NCBI GenBank assembly: GCA_050084985.1
Contig: JBITNC010000001.1
Span: 122,760,001-122,824,000, forward strand
Origin: Nageia nagi
Taxonomy: Eukaryota > Plantae > Pinophyta
DNA: 64,000 nt
Direction: 5' to 3'
Shown: positions 25,901 through 40,360 of the stretch, in pieces
Position numbering within the stretch: position 1 is the first letter of the stretch
Layout: each line of letters begins with the position of its first letter
Position numbers and translations under genes: made by a program
The notes under the pieces: generated by a model
Seen by the model: only the letters and a program-made list of their open reading frames with translations
What the model was told of the DNA's origin: nothing
Database searches by the model: none

Positions 25901-28870
25901 CTACCCTTATTTTCCTTAAGGTAGAATACACAAGAATCGATAAGTTTAGAAGAAGTTGGAGATGAAAAGAGTAAAGAAGAAGATGGTTCTAGTGAAGACG
26001 ATCTTACATTCTTCTCCTTTATGTTGTAGAAATGACCAACAAACCTACAAGATTGCCATTTTGGAAAGGATGGCAATGATAATAGATATGCATCTGATTT
26101 ATCATTGAACCCATGAGTCTTCTTAGCTGGCTTGCATCTCTACCCATATCACCTCCAACAATAGTGTTTAAGGTTACCTTCTTTACCATATAACTTGCAC
26201 ACCAATCTTTGTATTGGTTTCTTCATAAGATGAACATTGCTAGGAGATTGCAGCTCTATAGGTTTTGAAATATCAACACTCTTCCCTTTTGAATCGAAAG
26301 AAGTATCTACTATCATGAGAGATGCAAAGGCAACATGTTCAATCTCAACTAATTGGTCGATTTGAGCAACTCCTTATGCAACAAATATCTTTGATATATT
26401 TAGCATTGAAAAAATGATCTTCCAACCTCTTGATTCTCTTTGAGTTGTCTCCATAATAAACCATACTTGAAACCAAACAATCAACTTAGCAAAATAGATC
26501 CTTACACAAACTACTTTAATACCAAAACTTGATCTATAAACAAGAGTAGACTACTCTCTCTTGATAAATTCACTGCACATTTAAATAATTAAAGTTCTAA
26601 ATACTTGTAAAAAATAAGATAGAGTAATAAACAAGAGAAAAATTACACACAAGAAAAGGAACACATATAATTATCCTGGTTTAGCCCTCTTCAGCCTACA
26701 TCCATGAAACTAGTTCCTTTATGAATGGTGGTATTAGATGATTACAAAAGGTTGCAGTGGATTCTTCCTCCTCTCAACTTCTCTTCTTAAACTTCACTCT
26801 TAATCTCAAGAGTTACTAAAATAGTAATGCGGAACCAACCTTAAAATAATCTCCAAACAGTCTCATGTTGCAATATAGAGAGGTGTAATCTACACTCTCC
26901 TACAAAATAAAATGCTAAATATATGAATTGAATTCCACCTTTGACACTAATATAGATTTAAAATAATAGTTCCCTGATTATTTACAATGATAACTTTGCG
27001 CTTACTCTCTTGTCGTGGTGTTAATATCCCAAACGTAGTCTTCAAGTGTCCATACATTCTTTTCCTCTCTCTGCTTCATTATAGGTGCATAGTTAAATAA
27101 AACACATTACAAGACTTATGCAAAATCTGGATCCCCTCTCTCATTCTCACTTTTTCCTCTTTCTATTTTTCATAGGGGACTTATTTTGGGTGGAGGTTAC
27201 AAATGTTTTTTAAGTTACCAATTCTATATCAATAATGGGCAATTAAAGATTTCCATTCCTGAAATGATTTGTTACACAGATATTAACGAAGCTTGATCCT
27301 CCAAAAAAATCTACCATATTAAGGATGCCACTTGAGTTTTAACCAAGTAACGAACTCTTGATGTTTTGTTTTAGTCTCAATGTATAATACAAATACCACT
27401 ACTTACAAATCAATATTTTATTTTGCTATTGATGCTAATTCTTTATCATCGATTTGCTCTTACCAGACATTGTCTTTATTTAGCAAACATGGTGGAATTG
27501 AAAGCAAGTATTCTACTTCTCCATATCCTTGAGAAGAAGCTCCTTTTAAGGCTTGGTTTCATAAACCGGTGGATCCACTTCTCTCCATGTGGTTAATATT
27601 TTTTCTAAAATAGCCCATACGATCTCAGAGTATTGAGAGACTTATATTGGTCACAACTTCATTCTCATAGTCTATTTTCAATAATAGTCTTAAACTTTTT
27701 TTTGTGTGAAATCTTATGTCCATACATCTCCATACAAATTGGTAGTCTATTATTGCACATCAAGCACTCCTTCTATGCTTTTCACCATAAACTTGGGGCT
27801 AATGAAACACATCCTTAATTGGGCAAATAGATCCCCCTTTATTCTGGCATATTTCCCTTAACATCGATTGGTTTTTATGAATGTGCCATGAGGTTCTGCT
27901 ACTACATGTCCCTATCAACATTTACTTCCTCCTCTGATCTACGTATGGTCTTAACACCTCCAAAACCTATGATGTTTACATAAGACTGAATTCATACAAA
28001 GATGTTTTTCATTTTAAACATGCAAATACACTTGATACAAAATTATAAAAATCATTATGAATTTCCTTTTCACATTGTGACATCTTGATGTAGCTACAAC
28101 AACAAATAGAATGACACTTAAGGCTGATAGATACTTAGGTGATATCCAAAATGCTCATTTTACATCTGCTTAGTCCATATTTTATGTTCTCCAAATGGCA
28201 TTTCACAACTAAGAATGATGTTACCCATCCCTTATCGAACTACATAATAGTATTCCAATGATGCCTTCAACTAATGTATTTCTCCAATCCATCATGATAC
28301 TTATGATGACAGGTTCAAAATTGGCAATTATAGCTGATGATGAGTCAATAGGTGGCTATCCCATTCATGATGTCATGGCATATCTAGTAGAAAATAAGTC
28401 TGAGCCATGGTATTTCAATTTACTCCCTTTCAATGTGGTCTTAGATCAACCTGGTGCCTTTAAACACCTTCATATTTAAGTTACGTTGTGGTCCCTCTAA
28501 ATGTCTTGTGTAGGCTCTAGTAAGGCTTCCTCCGAATAATATCATGGGTCACCCACTTAAAAGCTATCTGATTTCTTTTAATTGGTATACAAAAACCTTG
28601 AAAATGCTATACCATGTCAACATAAATTTGAAATATATTTTTTCCTAACCAAATTATCAAATAATAATAATAATATTTTATTATTATTATTAAAAACATT
28701 AAATGGCCAAGCAACTTGGATTATCATTGAGTATAAATTTTAAATACTCTTGTTGGAATTTTTCTTACATCATTAGAGTTGAGGATAACACCTTCAATTT
28801 CAAAAGAGATAAACATAATAAAGAGAGAGAGATTGAATTTTACCATTTTAATGAATCCAATTTTGGATCA
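22914..28870 (-). mobile_element. RT-less gypsy-derived LTR element with ~2.3-kb LTRs (5' LTR 26530-28870; 3' LTR remnant 22914-24821)
   Basis: ~1.9-kb direct repeat 22914-24821 / 26958-28870, both starting TGATCCAAAATTGGAT on the minus strand. PBS-Met relic TGGTATTAAAG at ~26514-26524. PPT-like TTGGAAGGAA at 24822-24831. Confidence 0.88.
25356..25766 (-). pseudogene. Gypsy aspartic protease relic
   Basis: ELFYLIVHVKKIKIISLFNLRSQSNLI (decayed LFDSGSQxNLI)...PFPKPY...VTQQCK...DV...ILEYPYLWD. Confidence 0.8.
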
Positions 28871-31438
28871 ACAAATTTTCACTCTTCACCATGGTTGTAC
28901 ATTAATTTTTTTTAAAGCTATTTTGAACAAATCATTTTACAAAACATATAAATTATCTAAGAGGAATAAGTGAAATAATTGAAATAAGTAGTCCATGTGG
29001 TGCATCACTACCTTCTCTCTAACAAGACCTTGAAATAATACCTTTACAAATGTTCTCTAACATGAGCTCCAAATTTGATCTCAAAGCATCCACTAATAAG
29101 ATGATTAGTAAATAAAAGAAATATCTAAAGATCATAATAAATGTGAGTAGATTTTCATCATTTTTTTGTTCTTTAAAGTGCTTCTCATTAACAAAAATTT
29201 TTGTACTTCTTTTTCTCTATTTGTTTCTATTGAAGCAATAATTAACTCTTCAATAAGACTTCTCTTCCTTTGTGCAATCCATGATGGTGTGTTGAAACAC
29301 CATTGTTTTAATGTTTCCTCTCCAATACAACCATCATTCTCTATTTTTGTATTCACTTCAAGTTCAAGTGATCTCCATATTCTTTAGTTAATTTCTCCAT
29401 AGACACAAAAACTTGAAAATCATCTATATTTTCATTCTTTATCTCATTTTCCATCCCCCAAATGATATAATCTTCTTTAAAATTCACTCTTGGTGAGTGA
29501 TATTCATCATTGAGCATGAAGCTAATAGCTTGTATCTCTTCTTGTTCTTCAATATTTGGGTAATCATCCCACAAAATTTCATTTGTTTCCTTCCTAATAA
29601 GACAATTTTCAATCCAAATGGGTGAGCTCCTAAATGTTATTTTTCATAATATACCATTCCAATTTAATGATCTTCTACTTCATCTAAGTAAGTTGCAAAC
29701 AAATACAAACACTCTTCCATGAGTAAATCTTCTTCATATTCCTCTTTTAATTTTCCAAAGAATTGATCTTCCATTTTTTCTTTTTCAATAAATAAATCTT
29801 CCATTCAATATAAGCAATATTATTTTGAAATGTTGGTTCCTTGACTCCAACATTCTCCTTCATGAGCACTGGTATGGATTCCTAATATGAATCTCCTTCT
29901 TCAAATTTCTATCTTGATTTATCCTCCATGAGACACTCTTCATATACCCTCACCTTGGTAGTCTTCAACATGAGCTAGCCAACATTCGTTTCATCAAGAA
30001 TGTTACTCCATCATCATTTTTTCATGGCTTGTATTCAACATGTAAATATTGTGGGGTTAGTTCTTCATCATTATCCTTTATGAGAATGGTTTTAGCAAAT
30101 CCTTAATTTTGTACCTCTTCTATGAAGCATTCTTCAACAAAGGGTTGATATGACATATCATCCTCAACATGCTAACATATGTCTCTTCATTGAGAAACTG
30201 TCTATTAATATACATTCTTCCCAAATATGGTACATCCTCTTATTTTTCTTTTTAAATGAAACTCTCCTTAATATGAGTCTCAAAAGGCTCTATACAAGGA
30301 TCCTTCATGAAGGAATTCATCAATATATTCCTCTACAAGGAACAACTCATTATTTTCATTATATGTGCTTTCATAAGACATATCTCCCATAATAAGAATA
30401 ATACAAGGCTCACGATGCTCTTCACATGACTCTTCATAAAACTCTTGAAAAGGATCTTCAAAAGAACAAGGCTCCCCCATACTCATATAATCTCCAATAT
30501 TATCATACATATCTTCATGGGTGTCCTCATCACACCCATTATCATATTTCAATATTTTCCATTCTTTTGTAGTTGATCTACAAGTACTAATGAGAGGGAA
30601 AACATTATCTTCAATACTTATCCTCAAGTGCATGAGACCCAATAGATATTGATATTACTCTCCTTTCTTCAACCTCTTCTCTTCCTCTCTAAGCATGATC
30701 CAATTTCATGGTTCTTGATAGCCTTAATCAAATATATTCCAAAATTTTCTACTCATTAGCAAGGCCTTCATTCTTTTGCTTGAATAATCATAATCTTATC
30801 CATAAAATCTGGGAACCCCCAAGTCTTCATAAATGGTGTCCATTATGCCATCATGGAATTTATTTGTGGGAATATTTAATAAATATTCAAAATCATATTT
30901 GGAATGGATAGAGATATGTTGTTTGTAACTAATTTTTAATGCTCAACACAAGACTCTAGATTATACTTTTACAAGAATTTTATAAATTCACATAGTGCAC
31001 CCATAAAATTCAAACCCAATAGATATCAAATGGATCTAATACTATAATATAAGTATAATCTACTTTCAATTATTTAAAATGAAATTTTTATATCAATATA
31101 TATGTTTGGTTTAACCTCATAATATACTTAAGTGGTTGAGTTGGAAAATCTCACCATTATTACAATCCAATGTACAAATCAATACTCCTCCTAAAATAGC
31201 TTAAAAATCCTCTCTAAGACACATCAAATATAATATTTATTATATTACTACATATCATAGAAGACAACTTAAATTGATACCATTGGCCAAACTTTACCAA
31301 AATAATCTAAAATTAGAAAATACAATCAAAACTTGCCTATTTTATGAAACACGATCACATTTTGGAAAGCTAGTCATGTTTTTTTCTATAAATGTGGTAG
31401 GGACCATGTTTGGGCCTGATGAAATGCAATGGGCATCA
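28871..31438 (-). mobile_element. Putative non-autonomous LTR element with a decayed acidic (Glu/Asp-rich) ORF
   Basis: PBS-Met relic at 31032-31044 (minus TAGTATTAGATCC). PPT at 29008-29020 (minus AGAGAGAAGGTAG) followed by TGATGC. The same TGATGC start occurs at 31438. Acidic ORF fragments at 30280-30642, 29353-29574 and 29132-29356. Internal LTR-LTR similarity is weak. Confidence 0.5.
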
Positions 31439-32619
31439 TGATAATAATAATAGTACACAAAATATTAGTTTTGATGTCAAATTCTGATCTTGAGGATACC
31501 AAGTTTCTAACACATGATTTGTAATGTTGAGGCATCATTTAGATTTGTGAGATGATTTATATTAAAAAGGTTATTTAAATTTGCATAATAACATCTATTT
31601 GAGGACTAATATGTATATCCTTACTTGTGTTGTTATAAAGGATATTATAGATGAGTTGAAAAGTAGCAAAATTTACTATGTGAACCCTAAATCCAACCAT
31701 AGAAGGAATACTAGCATGGGTACTAGTCTCCAAAATCCTATGAAGGGAACGAACATCAACACAGGTGCTTGCATTACTAAAGAATGATACCAATAAGGAC
31801 TAATGATAGCATATTTGATGATAATTCAAATAAAGTATATGATTATGAATATGGATAAAAATTACTTGGTCAAGTGATAATAAGATTTTAGTCTCAATAT
31901 GTGGTATTTAGAAACATCTAAGTGTAGGGTACCAACTATCGAGATGTAATCTTGATCTACTTCTCCCAGCTTAGAGATACTTACATTTATATTAGACTGA
32001 TATCACAATTTGACCCCTTGAATATTGTTTCAAATCATCTCAATGTACCTAACATAAAAATAAGAACACAACCTAATAAATATATAATAATAAGGGTAAG
32101 ATATAACTAAAATGTGATTAAACATGTATGTAAAGTTGCACCTAAGTGGTACCATATTAAGGGAACCACTTTTAAGTGTCAAAATATGCACACCTTTGTA
32201 AGTATAATGAAATTAATTCTTGAAATAATATTATTATTTCAAAGGAAGTAAAGGTAAAGAAAAGAAAATTTTGATGCTTCTTTAGTTTACTTGTTTGAAT
32301 CATCAAGGATTTGATGATGTAGATTGCCCCCTCCTTGCCTTGGTTGTGAGATGTAATGGCTTACATGTAGTAGAATAAACCAAGATAAAAAAATAAAATT
32401 TTTAAATGAGATGCATTCTAAGGATATATGTGATTGTTAACTCATAAAATATATAGCAATGATAATAAGAGTAAACATCATAACATTTCATTACAAATGG
32501 TATATAAATAATGGAGAAAGGATGAACTTAATATAACATGCATATATCATCTTGGGAACACGAAATATATAAATAGTTAATATTTCTTTCTTATATGCAT
32601 ACACATAAAATTATGATAA

Positions 32620-33060
32620 AGGTGTGTCCACATCGTCGTGGGGTACATGCCACATTCCTAGATAGAACACATGTAATCATAATGATATATGCTAATCTCA
32701 ACATCAAGTACATGCCTTATTCCTAGATGCAATACATGAATCATAAATAACTACATAGCAATGGTTAGTTGAGACCCAACCAATAAAGGTGACTAAGTGA
32801 CATGGTTTGTTTGAATATTTCCTAGCCATGTATGTGATATCCTACTCATCCTCATGAGGTACATGCCCCATTCTTAGATGTGATTAAGTGATGATTGGTT
32901 TGAATAATTTCTAAGCATGCATGATTATATTAATAATCATAATATTCTATTAAAATGATTATTAGTTTAGTCCCAATCACCATGCTAACCCAAGAAAGAT
33001 GGTTGGTTTAGTCCCAACCAAATAATCATAAATAATGATGATTATTTAATGTTCATCCAA
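32620..33060. repeat. Dispersed short repeats in the Tat 3' UTR
   Basis: gtacatgccNNattcYtagat x3 (~32643, 32708, 32859) and gtttagtcccaa x2. Confidence 0.7.
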
Positions 33061-33655
33061 TAAGGACACTATGTATCAAGAAAATAATAAGTCATGATAT
33101 CATTGAATTATAAATATGAATGTAGGGTAAATGACTAGGAAATGATTCCTGCACTTACCTTTCATGAATTATCTGATTTAATGCAAAAATATTAGCACAG
33201 GTGCTAATGTTAGTGCAAGTGCAAAAGGTAGCATGAGCACTAAGACTCACTTTGATTTTGAACCTATAATTGTTATGAAATTGAGATATAACTATTTTGA
33301 GAGGTTTGATCTATGTGTGGTTCTTGATGTTGAAATAAAAATGCCCAAGGCATCATCTCTACAAATGATTAGACCAATGTCATTGAATCTATGGATGATA
33401 ACTAAGTGAATCTAATCATAAGCTTCCACATATCCTGTTTGATCTAAATGTGAAATATGACCTTGTGATTTTTATTTTAGTCTAAAATATGCTAAGAACA
33501 TTAATGTGGGTGTTGGGATGAATGATGGAAATTTACACTCAAGGCTAGAATGGGTGCTAGCTTAGAATAAAAATGGAGCTAGGATCTTGATACCTAACCT
33601 TTGTAATGATGAATAATTGAGGGACTACTATTAGAACATATGTCATAAGCTTCCC

Positions 33656-36600
33656 TTATGCATAAAAGGGCTTGAGGTGCTTTGCATTAGTTAAGAATTT
33701 GATTACTTTGCCATTAACTATTACTAATTTGTATGGATTATTTGGATATTTTGTATTGATGATGGGACCTATTGAATTAGTCTTAAATTTGCCTTTGTCT
33801 TGCTTTACAATTTGTTATTTATGATGATTCTACTTGGGTACTAGATCACCCACTTGGAACTCTTATGGTACAATCTTCTTGTCATGTGCTTTCTTGGCTC
33901 TTCTCTGATAAGATTTGTAATGTTCTAAGGTATGGATTCTATTTTTATCTAATCCTTCTTGCTGCTTTACTCTTGCTTTATTCTTCTTTTCCCAATCAAT
34001 TATGCCTTTTAGATAAACCCTTAATGATGTTATTTCTACCTCTAATGGTCAGAATACCTCATCTCTATAGACCAATGAAAATGGACTATAACTTGTAGCT
34101 AATCTAATACTTGTTTTGTATGGCCATAATGCATATATAAGCTATGAATACAATTCTATATGAGTTTTCTTAACTATATTGCATAAAATATTAACAATTA
34201 TCTTGTTAGTTTCTTTTTCTTGTCCATTTCCCTATAGATATAATGTTGATGAAATTTTTTTTTTTGATTTTGAAACTCATATAAAATTTCCTTACTTGTT
34301 TTCTTATGAAATTCTTTCCATTATGCATGATGACATAATATGGAACACCAAACTTGCTATAATATTTTCATTCATGAATTTTTTAATTTGAGACTCTTTA
34401 GAGGATCTCAATGGTACAACTTTTGCCCATTTTGTGAAGTATTCTATAGTAACTAGGATGAATTTGTGTCCTTCACTAGATTTGGGATTGATAAATCCAA
34501 TTAATTCTAAAGTCCAAATAGCAAAAGTGAAGTGGATATCATTATGGCTAATTCAATTGAAAGAGCTTATTTCATGTTAGCATGCTTTTGACACTTTTCA
34601 CATTTTTGAACATGTCAAATGCAATTATTTTCCATATATGGCCAATAATATCCTAGTCTTAAGAGCTTATCATAGATGGATTTACCATTGAAATGACCTC
34701 CACTTATGCTATCATGTACTTGTTCAATGGATTTATTTGCTTAAATTTCATTTATACATTTAAGAAAAGCACTATCACATGATATTTTATAAATAATATC
34801 ACCAATAATGATATACCTTATAGTCCTTTATTTCAAGAACTTAGAATGATACGAATCTAAAATCTTTCCTTTCTTGAGGTAGTTGTAGATGTTAGCATAT
34901 CATTCATGTAGTGGGAATATAGCATATATTAGTGGCTCTTTCTTGAAGAATCCTTGAAATTAATCATCATCTAGAAAAGAACAATTTATGAGGCTATTGA
35001 TTTTAATAATAATTTCCTCATATTCAACTAGATAAGAGTTAATGAAGCAACATTATCCATAGCATCTGCAAATATGTTATTATTCCTTAAAATATTTTCA
35101 AACTGAATTCGTAGGAAGTATCTTTGAACAATCATAACTATTATGTCCTTATATGGCTAAAATTTCTCATCCTTTGTATTATAGACATCATTAATTTGAT
35201 TGATGAAAATCTATGAATCACCATAAAATTTCAATTGATTGATTCCAAGGTTGATTGCTACCTTTAATTGTAATACTAAAGCCTCATACTTAGCCATGTT
35301 GTTTGTGCATTCAAAAGTTAACTTGAAGCCATACAATCATACCATCTTCAAGAGATACTAGAAAAATTCCTTCCCCAATCCCTTGCAAATATTTGGAGCC
35401 ATCAAAGAATACTATCCATGTCTTTTCCTCATAGTGCTCAACTAGTGCCATGAGCTCATTCATGTTATTTTTTTCATCATATGGTGTTGCTACAAGCGTA
35501 TCACTTATAACTTATCCCTTGACTATTTTTTGGTGTGTATATAGAATATCAAACTCTTGTAGTTCCATTATCCATTTGGTTGGTCTTCCCTACAATTGGG
35601 GTTTTGATAATAAGTACCTTAGCGGATTAACTTGATCCATAATGAAGGTAGTTTTGGTGATCATGTAGTGCCTCAATTTCTAAGTTGTGTATACTATAGC
35701 ATAATACAACTTCTTAATTGGTGTGTAATTGATCTCTACATTCTATAGTATCTTGGATAAATAGTACACAATCATCTCCATATTTTCATTATCAAGTTAC
35801 AAAAGGATTATCCTAATAGTATTGACTATAACTAAGATATACAAGTATAAAGGCTTAGTACGGTCAACTAGCTACAAAATAGAAGGATTAAGCAAATAAA
35901 TCTTGATGTCTTCAAATGCTTTTTGATACTCCTTAATCCATATGAACTGAACTCCCTTCTTAAGAAAGTAAGCGAATGGAGTTGTTCTATTTGTTAACTA
36001 AGCCATGAACCTTTTAACTACTTGTAACTTTCCTTGAAGAATTTTAAGCTTTCTAATGTTCCCAGGTGGAGCCATATCCATTATAGCTTTAACCTTTTTA
36101 GGGTTTATCTTTATGTCTCATGTAGATACAATGTAACTAATCAACTTGCCATTAGATACCCCAAAAACACACTTCTTATGATTTAGCTTCAAGTTAAATT
36201 GTCTCATCCATTTGAAAAATGATTAAAATCCTCTAAATGATTTTCCTTCTTAGTTTATTTAGCAAGGATATCTTTAACATAAATTTCAACTAATTTATGA
36301 ATGAGATCATATAATATAATTACCATTGCTCTTTGGTATGTTTCCCATGCATTTTTTAGGCCAAAGGACATGACTACCTAACAAAATATTCTACAAGGTG
36401 TAGTTAATGTTATCTTAAGCTGATTCTCTTTATTGATTCTAATCTGATTGTATCCTAAGAAACCATCCATGAAGAATAACAACTCATATCCTATTGTAGA
36501 ATCCAAATTATGTTAATATATGGTAAAAAAAAAAATTTTCTTTTGTACAAGCCTTTTTTAACTCTCTAAACTATGTGCAACATCTGATTTCTTCATTTGG

Positions 36601-38600
36601 TATCAAAGCTATAATGTTGTTGGATAACTAAGGTGAGTAATTAATGGGCTCAATGAACTATGCCTTGAGATACTTATCAATCTCCTTCTTGACTAGCAAA
36701 GAGTGCTTGGGGTGAATTGGTATTCATTTCTATTATATAGGTTTGATATCTTGATGTACCACCAAATTATGTATCATAAAGGCTAGATCCAACCCTATTA
36801 TATCACTATCCAAGAAAACATGTCCTTGAATTCTCTTAATAATTGTTTATATGTTTGCTTATCTTCCCTAATGATTCATGTTCCAATATGAAAAATCTAT
36901 GATATTTCTTATGTACCAATATTTATCTCAATAGGAGGCTTATTCAACCATGCTATCTCATCACTAATATGAGAAAGGTTAGGCAATGCCCCAAATCCTA
37001 TTATGTTATAAGAGAAATAATGTTACACACACACATCCTTAGCTACCTATCCTACTCCTATGTAAAGAAACAAGAAGGTACACTAGTGTAGCATGGAATA
37101 ACCTACTATATCCTCCATCTCTTCTCTAAAGTAAGCATCAAGAACATATGCAACCTTGCATTGCCTCTTGGGATGGAATGGTTTGAACTATGATCTTTCC
37201 TCTAATGTTTGCAAAAGCACATCATCCATTTTAAACACATCAACAAACCTAAAAAAATATCTTGTTAAGCATGGGGTAAGAGGAATTATTATCTATTTTC
37301 ATAGTGTGGGCACTAATGCAAGCACAAGAATAGCCTTATTTAGATATTTTTCCTTGATTTTTGATGATGACTAGACCACATTGACTGATTATACCTCTAA
37401 TTCTATTTCTAACTCTTTGTCACTATTGTATGAGATCAAATTTCTTTGACTTGCCTTTATTGTCACTAGGCCACTCTTTCCTTTATTTGATTCAAATATT
37501 TTCATAGGTAAGTATTTAATTCCTTTTTCAATCCTTCCAAGGCCTTTACCTTTGTATATTGTAGACTCCATGTACTACATTATCAATAGTACATAATATC
37601 TCATTTGCCTTGTCTTCTTCTTTACCTTGAAATAGGATACCATATTGTTGTTGTCCATGTTTGATTCTAATTTTGAATTAGAAGTGTTAGTACTATATAA
37701 TGTGATATTGACATCATCCTCTTCTTATTCTAACTAATCCTAACTACATTTGTAGCAATGATAGTAGAGCAATTGTTGAGGTTAGCATAGGTGCTAATGC
37801 TGGTATACATTTGATTTTTCGTATCTATTGAGATGTATAATATCATCTTCAATGATCTTATACCTAATGGCATATGTGCCAACACTTATTTCTTTATACT
37901 ACTACGTGGTATCATTGTCTTCTTTATCTTCCTCACTATATTCATCATTGTTCTCAAGGATTTCAATATTTTGTATGAAACTATGGTATTCCATACTTTT
38001 GTAATCATGTTTGAATTTAATTTAATCAATTTATGTAACATATATGGTACACACCTCATTGGATGTATTCATTGTCCCCCAAGGAGAACATATGTCATAA
38101 CTTCTACTATCTTTGGTCCCAACTAAATAGGCAACATGATATATTTGACATATGCCTTCATATCACTATCATAATTTGTTATATTGTACTTATTTTTCAC
38201 AAATTTTGGAATCAATTTATCACCAAACTTCTTGAGAAAGTTAATAGAGCAAATATTCAAACATGCACCACCATCTACAAATGCATGCTTGACTATTTTT
38301 TCTAATAAATTTACATGTATATGTATTGAAAAAAATTTATAAATGATATCAATACTAGGAATTTCATCTTCATTAAATGTTATAGAATTCTTGAAACAAC
38401 CAATCATTACAACCAATGACATAGTAGAAATATCAGTATCAATATGAACACCACTAAGGAATTTAAACAATGTCATTATATATTCTTTAGATGTTTGAAA
38501 CAACTCAAGAAAACTAATTTTAGCATTTGTATTATTGAGATTTTTCAAAATATTTTTTTTCTTTTATCTTTCTTCTTTTACTTAAGAGAAGATTTATAAG
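33656..38600 (-). pseudogene. pol: Tat pol: protease, G-patch, RT, RNase H, additional RNase H, integrase
   Basis: AFVDGGACLNIC (ORF 38123-38548). YKGKGLGRIEKGI (37389-37571). FMDGFLGYNQI at ~36440-36472. IYVKDIL at ~36262-36283. WIVFFDGS at ~35395-35420 and TNNMAKYEAL. FILVTIEYFTKW at ~34430-34465. Ends NAKHLKPFYA* at 33656. Confidence 0.92.
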
Positions 38601-39789
38601 GTAACTATTTTGTAACAAAAATTATTGAAAATTATAATGCATTATTGTGTAATATTTATCTTTAATTTAAATTCACTTAACATGCTTAAAGTATCTTTAG
38701 ATACCTTAAGTTATTAAAGGAATAAATATGAAAAATATTTAACTTTACCCTTAGGTAAAAGGAAAGTTAAAGAGTGGATTTCATATTATAAATAAAGAGG
38801 TACTTCCTCTCATTATGTACTTGTAGAAACATGAAAATGCAAATCTTGTAGAGTTGTAGGAATGCTCTTATAGGAGCTTTGTAGAAGAATTCTTGATATT
38901 TTGAAAGAGAGTTATCTTGTGAGAAGTAATAGAATAATGGTTCAAAATGGATGTACTCCCATACATTGGAAGAACCACTATACATGGTGTGTTATCATTT
39001 GTATGAATGATTCTTACTTAGTTAGATCGTTAAATGTTAGATTTGTTGGAGAAACTTCAAGATGATCTTGGTTATGAAATCCTTCAATTCCATCAAGTGG
39101 TATCAGATTCTTCCTTGTGGTATTATCTTAAAATTTCTACTTGATGATTTTGAGGTAACTCTAAATAAATTTTAAGGTATACCTATCCCCTAATCTTGTT
39201 TCAATTTTATTTTGAAACTTCAATCATTAATCAATTTCAATTTCTTATTTTGAGAAGTTGAAAATTGATATCTACACTAACATGTTTTATTTTAAGAATA
39301 ATGGGATCAAATTTAAGGTAAAAGTTTATCTTAATTACATGTTAGTAATATTTAAAGTTAAATCTAACATTTTTATATGGTTAGATTACAAGATCTTGAG
39401 AAAATTAGTGTTACTATTTTTTCTTCATAGTCAAATCTAATATTCTTTAGATTTTAACACTATGCTAAGATCTTTTTTTTCCAAGCTTACAAAAATACAA
39501 TTAGTGAAATTTTTTGTAATAGGATTTTTTTTGCAATAAAATTTATATATTTTTACAATAGGAATATATTTTGCTATTCTTGAAAAAAAAAATCTCAATT
39601 TGAAGGAGTTTACAATCCTTGTATTGTAACAACAAAAGCTTGCAAATTTTTTTATGAAATATATATATATATATATATAGTTCAAATAAAGTTTATTTTT
39701 TATTCTATATTTTTATATTAAAATATCAAAATATTTTTATTTAAAAAAAAGTAAATAAATTTTATTCTATAATTTTTTTAAATTTTTTT

Positions 39790-40360
39790 GCCCCAGTAGG
39801 GTGGTGTGCAGCCTTTTGGTTAGCAACCCTCCATAGGAGTAGCATGTGACCTATTGGTCTATGGCCCTCCCTTGAGTGGTGCTCACAACATCATTGGTGG
39901 CCCCCCTTGGGTGGCACACATAGTAGTTGGTTGATGGTTTCCCTTGGTTAGCATGCATGGTAACTAACTGGTGGTCCCCTTTGGGTGGTGTACATGACAT
40001 GGTTGGTAGCCCCCTTTGGTGGCATAGGTGGTAGTTAGTTAGAGGACCCCTTGGGTGGTATGCAAGATGTGGTCAGCAGCCCCCCTTTGGTGGCATAGGT
40101 GGTAGCTAGTCAAAGATCCCCTTTGGGTGGTGCACATAGAAGATAGCTGGTATCCCCCCTTAGGTGGCAAGCATGGTATCCCCCTTTGGGTGGCATGTGT
40201 GATAGCTAACTAGTGACCCCACTTGGGTGGCATGCATAACTAGTGGCTAGTGGTGCCCCACTATGGGATAACATGCATTGCTAGTGGATGGAGCCCCTCC
40301 ACTATGGGGTGGCATGCATGACTATTGGTCAGAGGCCTCCTATGTGGTGTTGGGTTGCCC
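39790..40360 (+). repeat. GC-rich ~25-40 bp tandem array, core CCCCTTGGGTGGC, about 15 units
   Basis: Directly visible units, including a ~70-bp dimeric higher-order duplication at ~39976-40116. Confidence 0.9.

Noticed and set aside
23533-28479. ORFs within the long LTRs (23533-23730, 27633-27818, 28258-28479)
   Set aside because: Not maintained as open frames in the sister LTR and no recognisable domain.
39790-40360. CRISPR-like repeat/spacer appearance
   Set aside because: Linkers are related to each other and variable in length, the cores are degenerate, there are no cas genes, and the array sits inside a eukaryotic LTR element.
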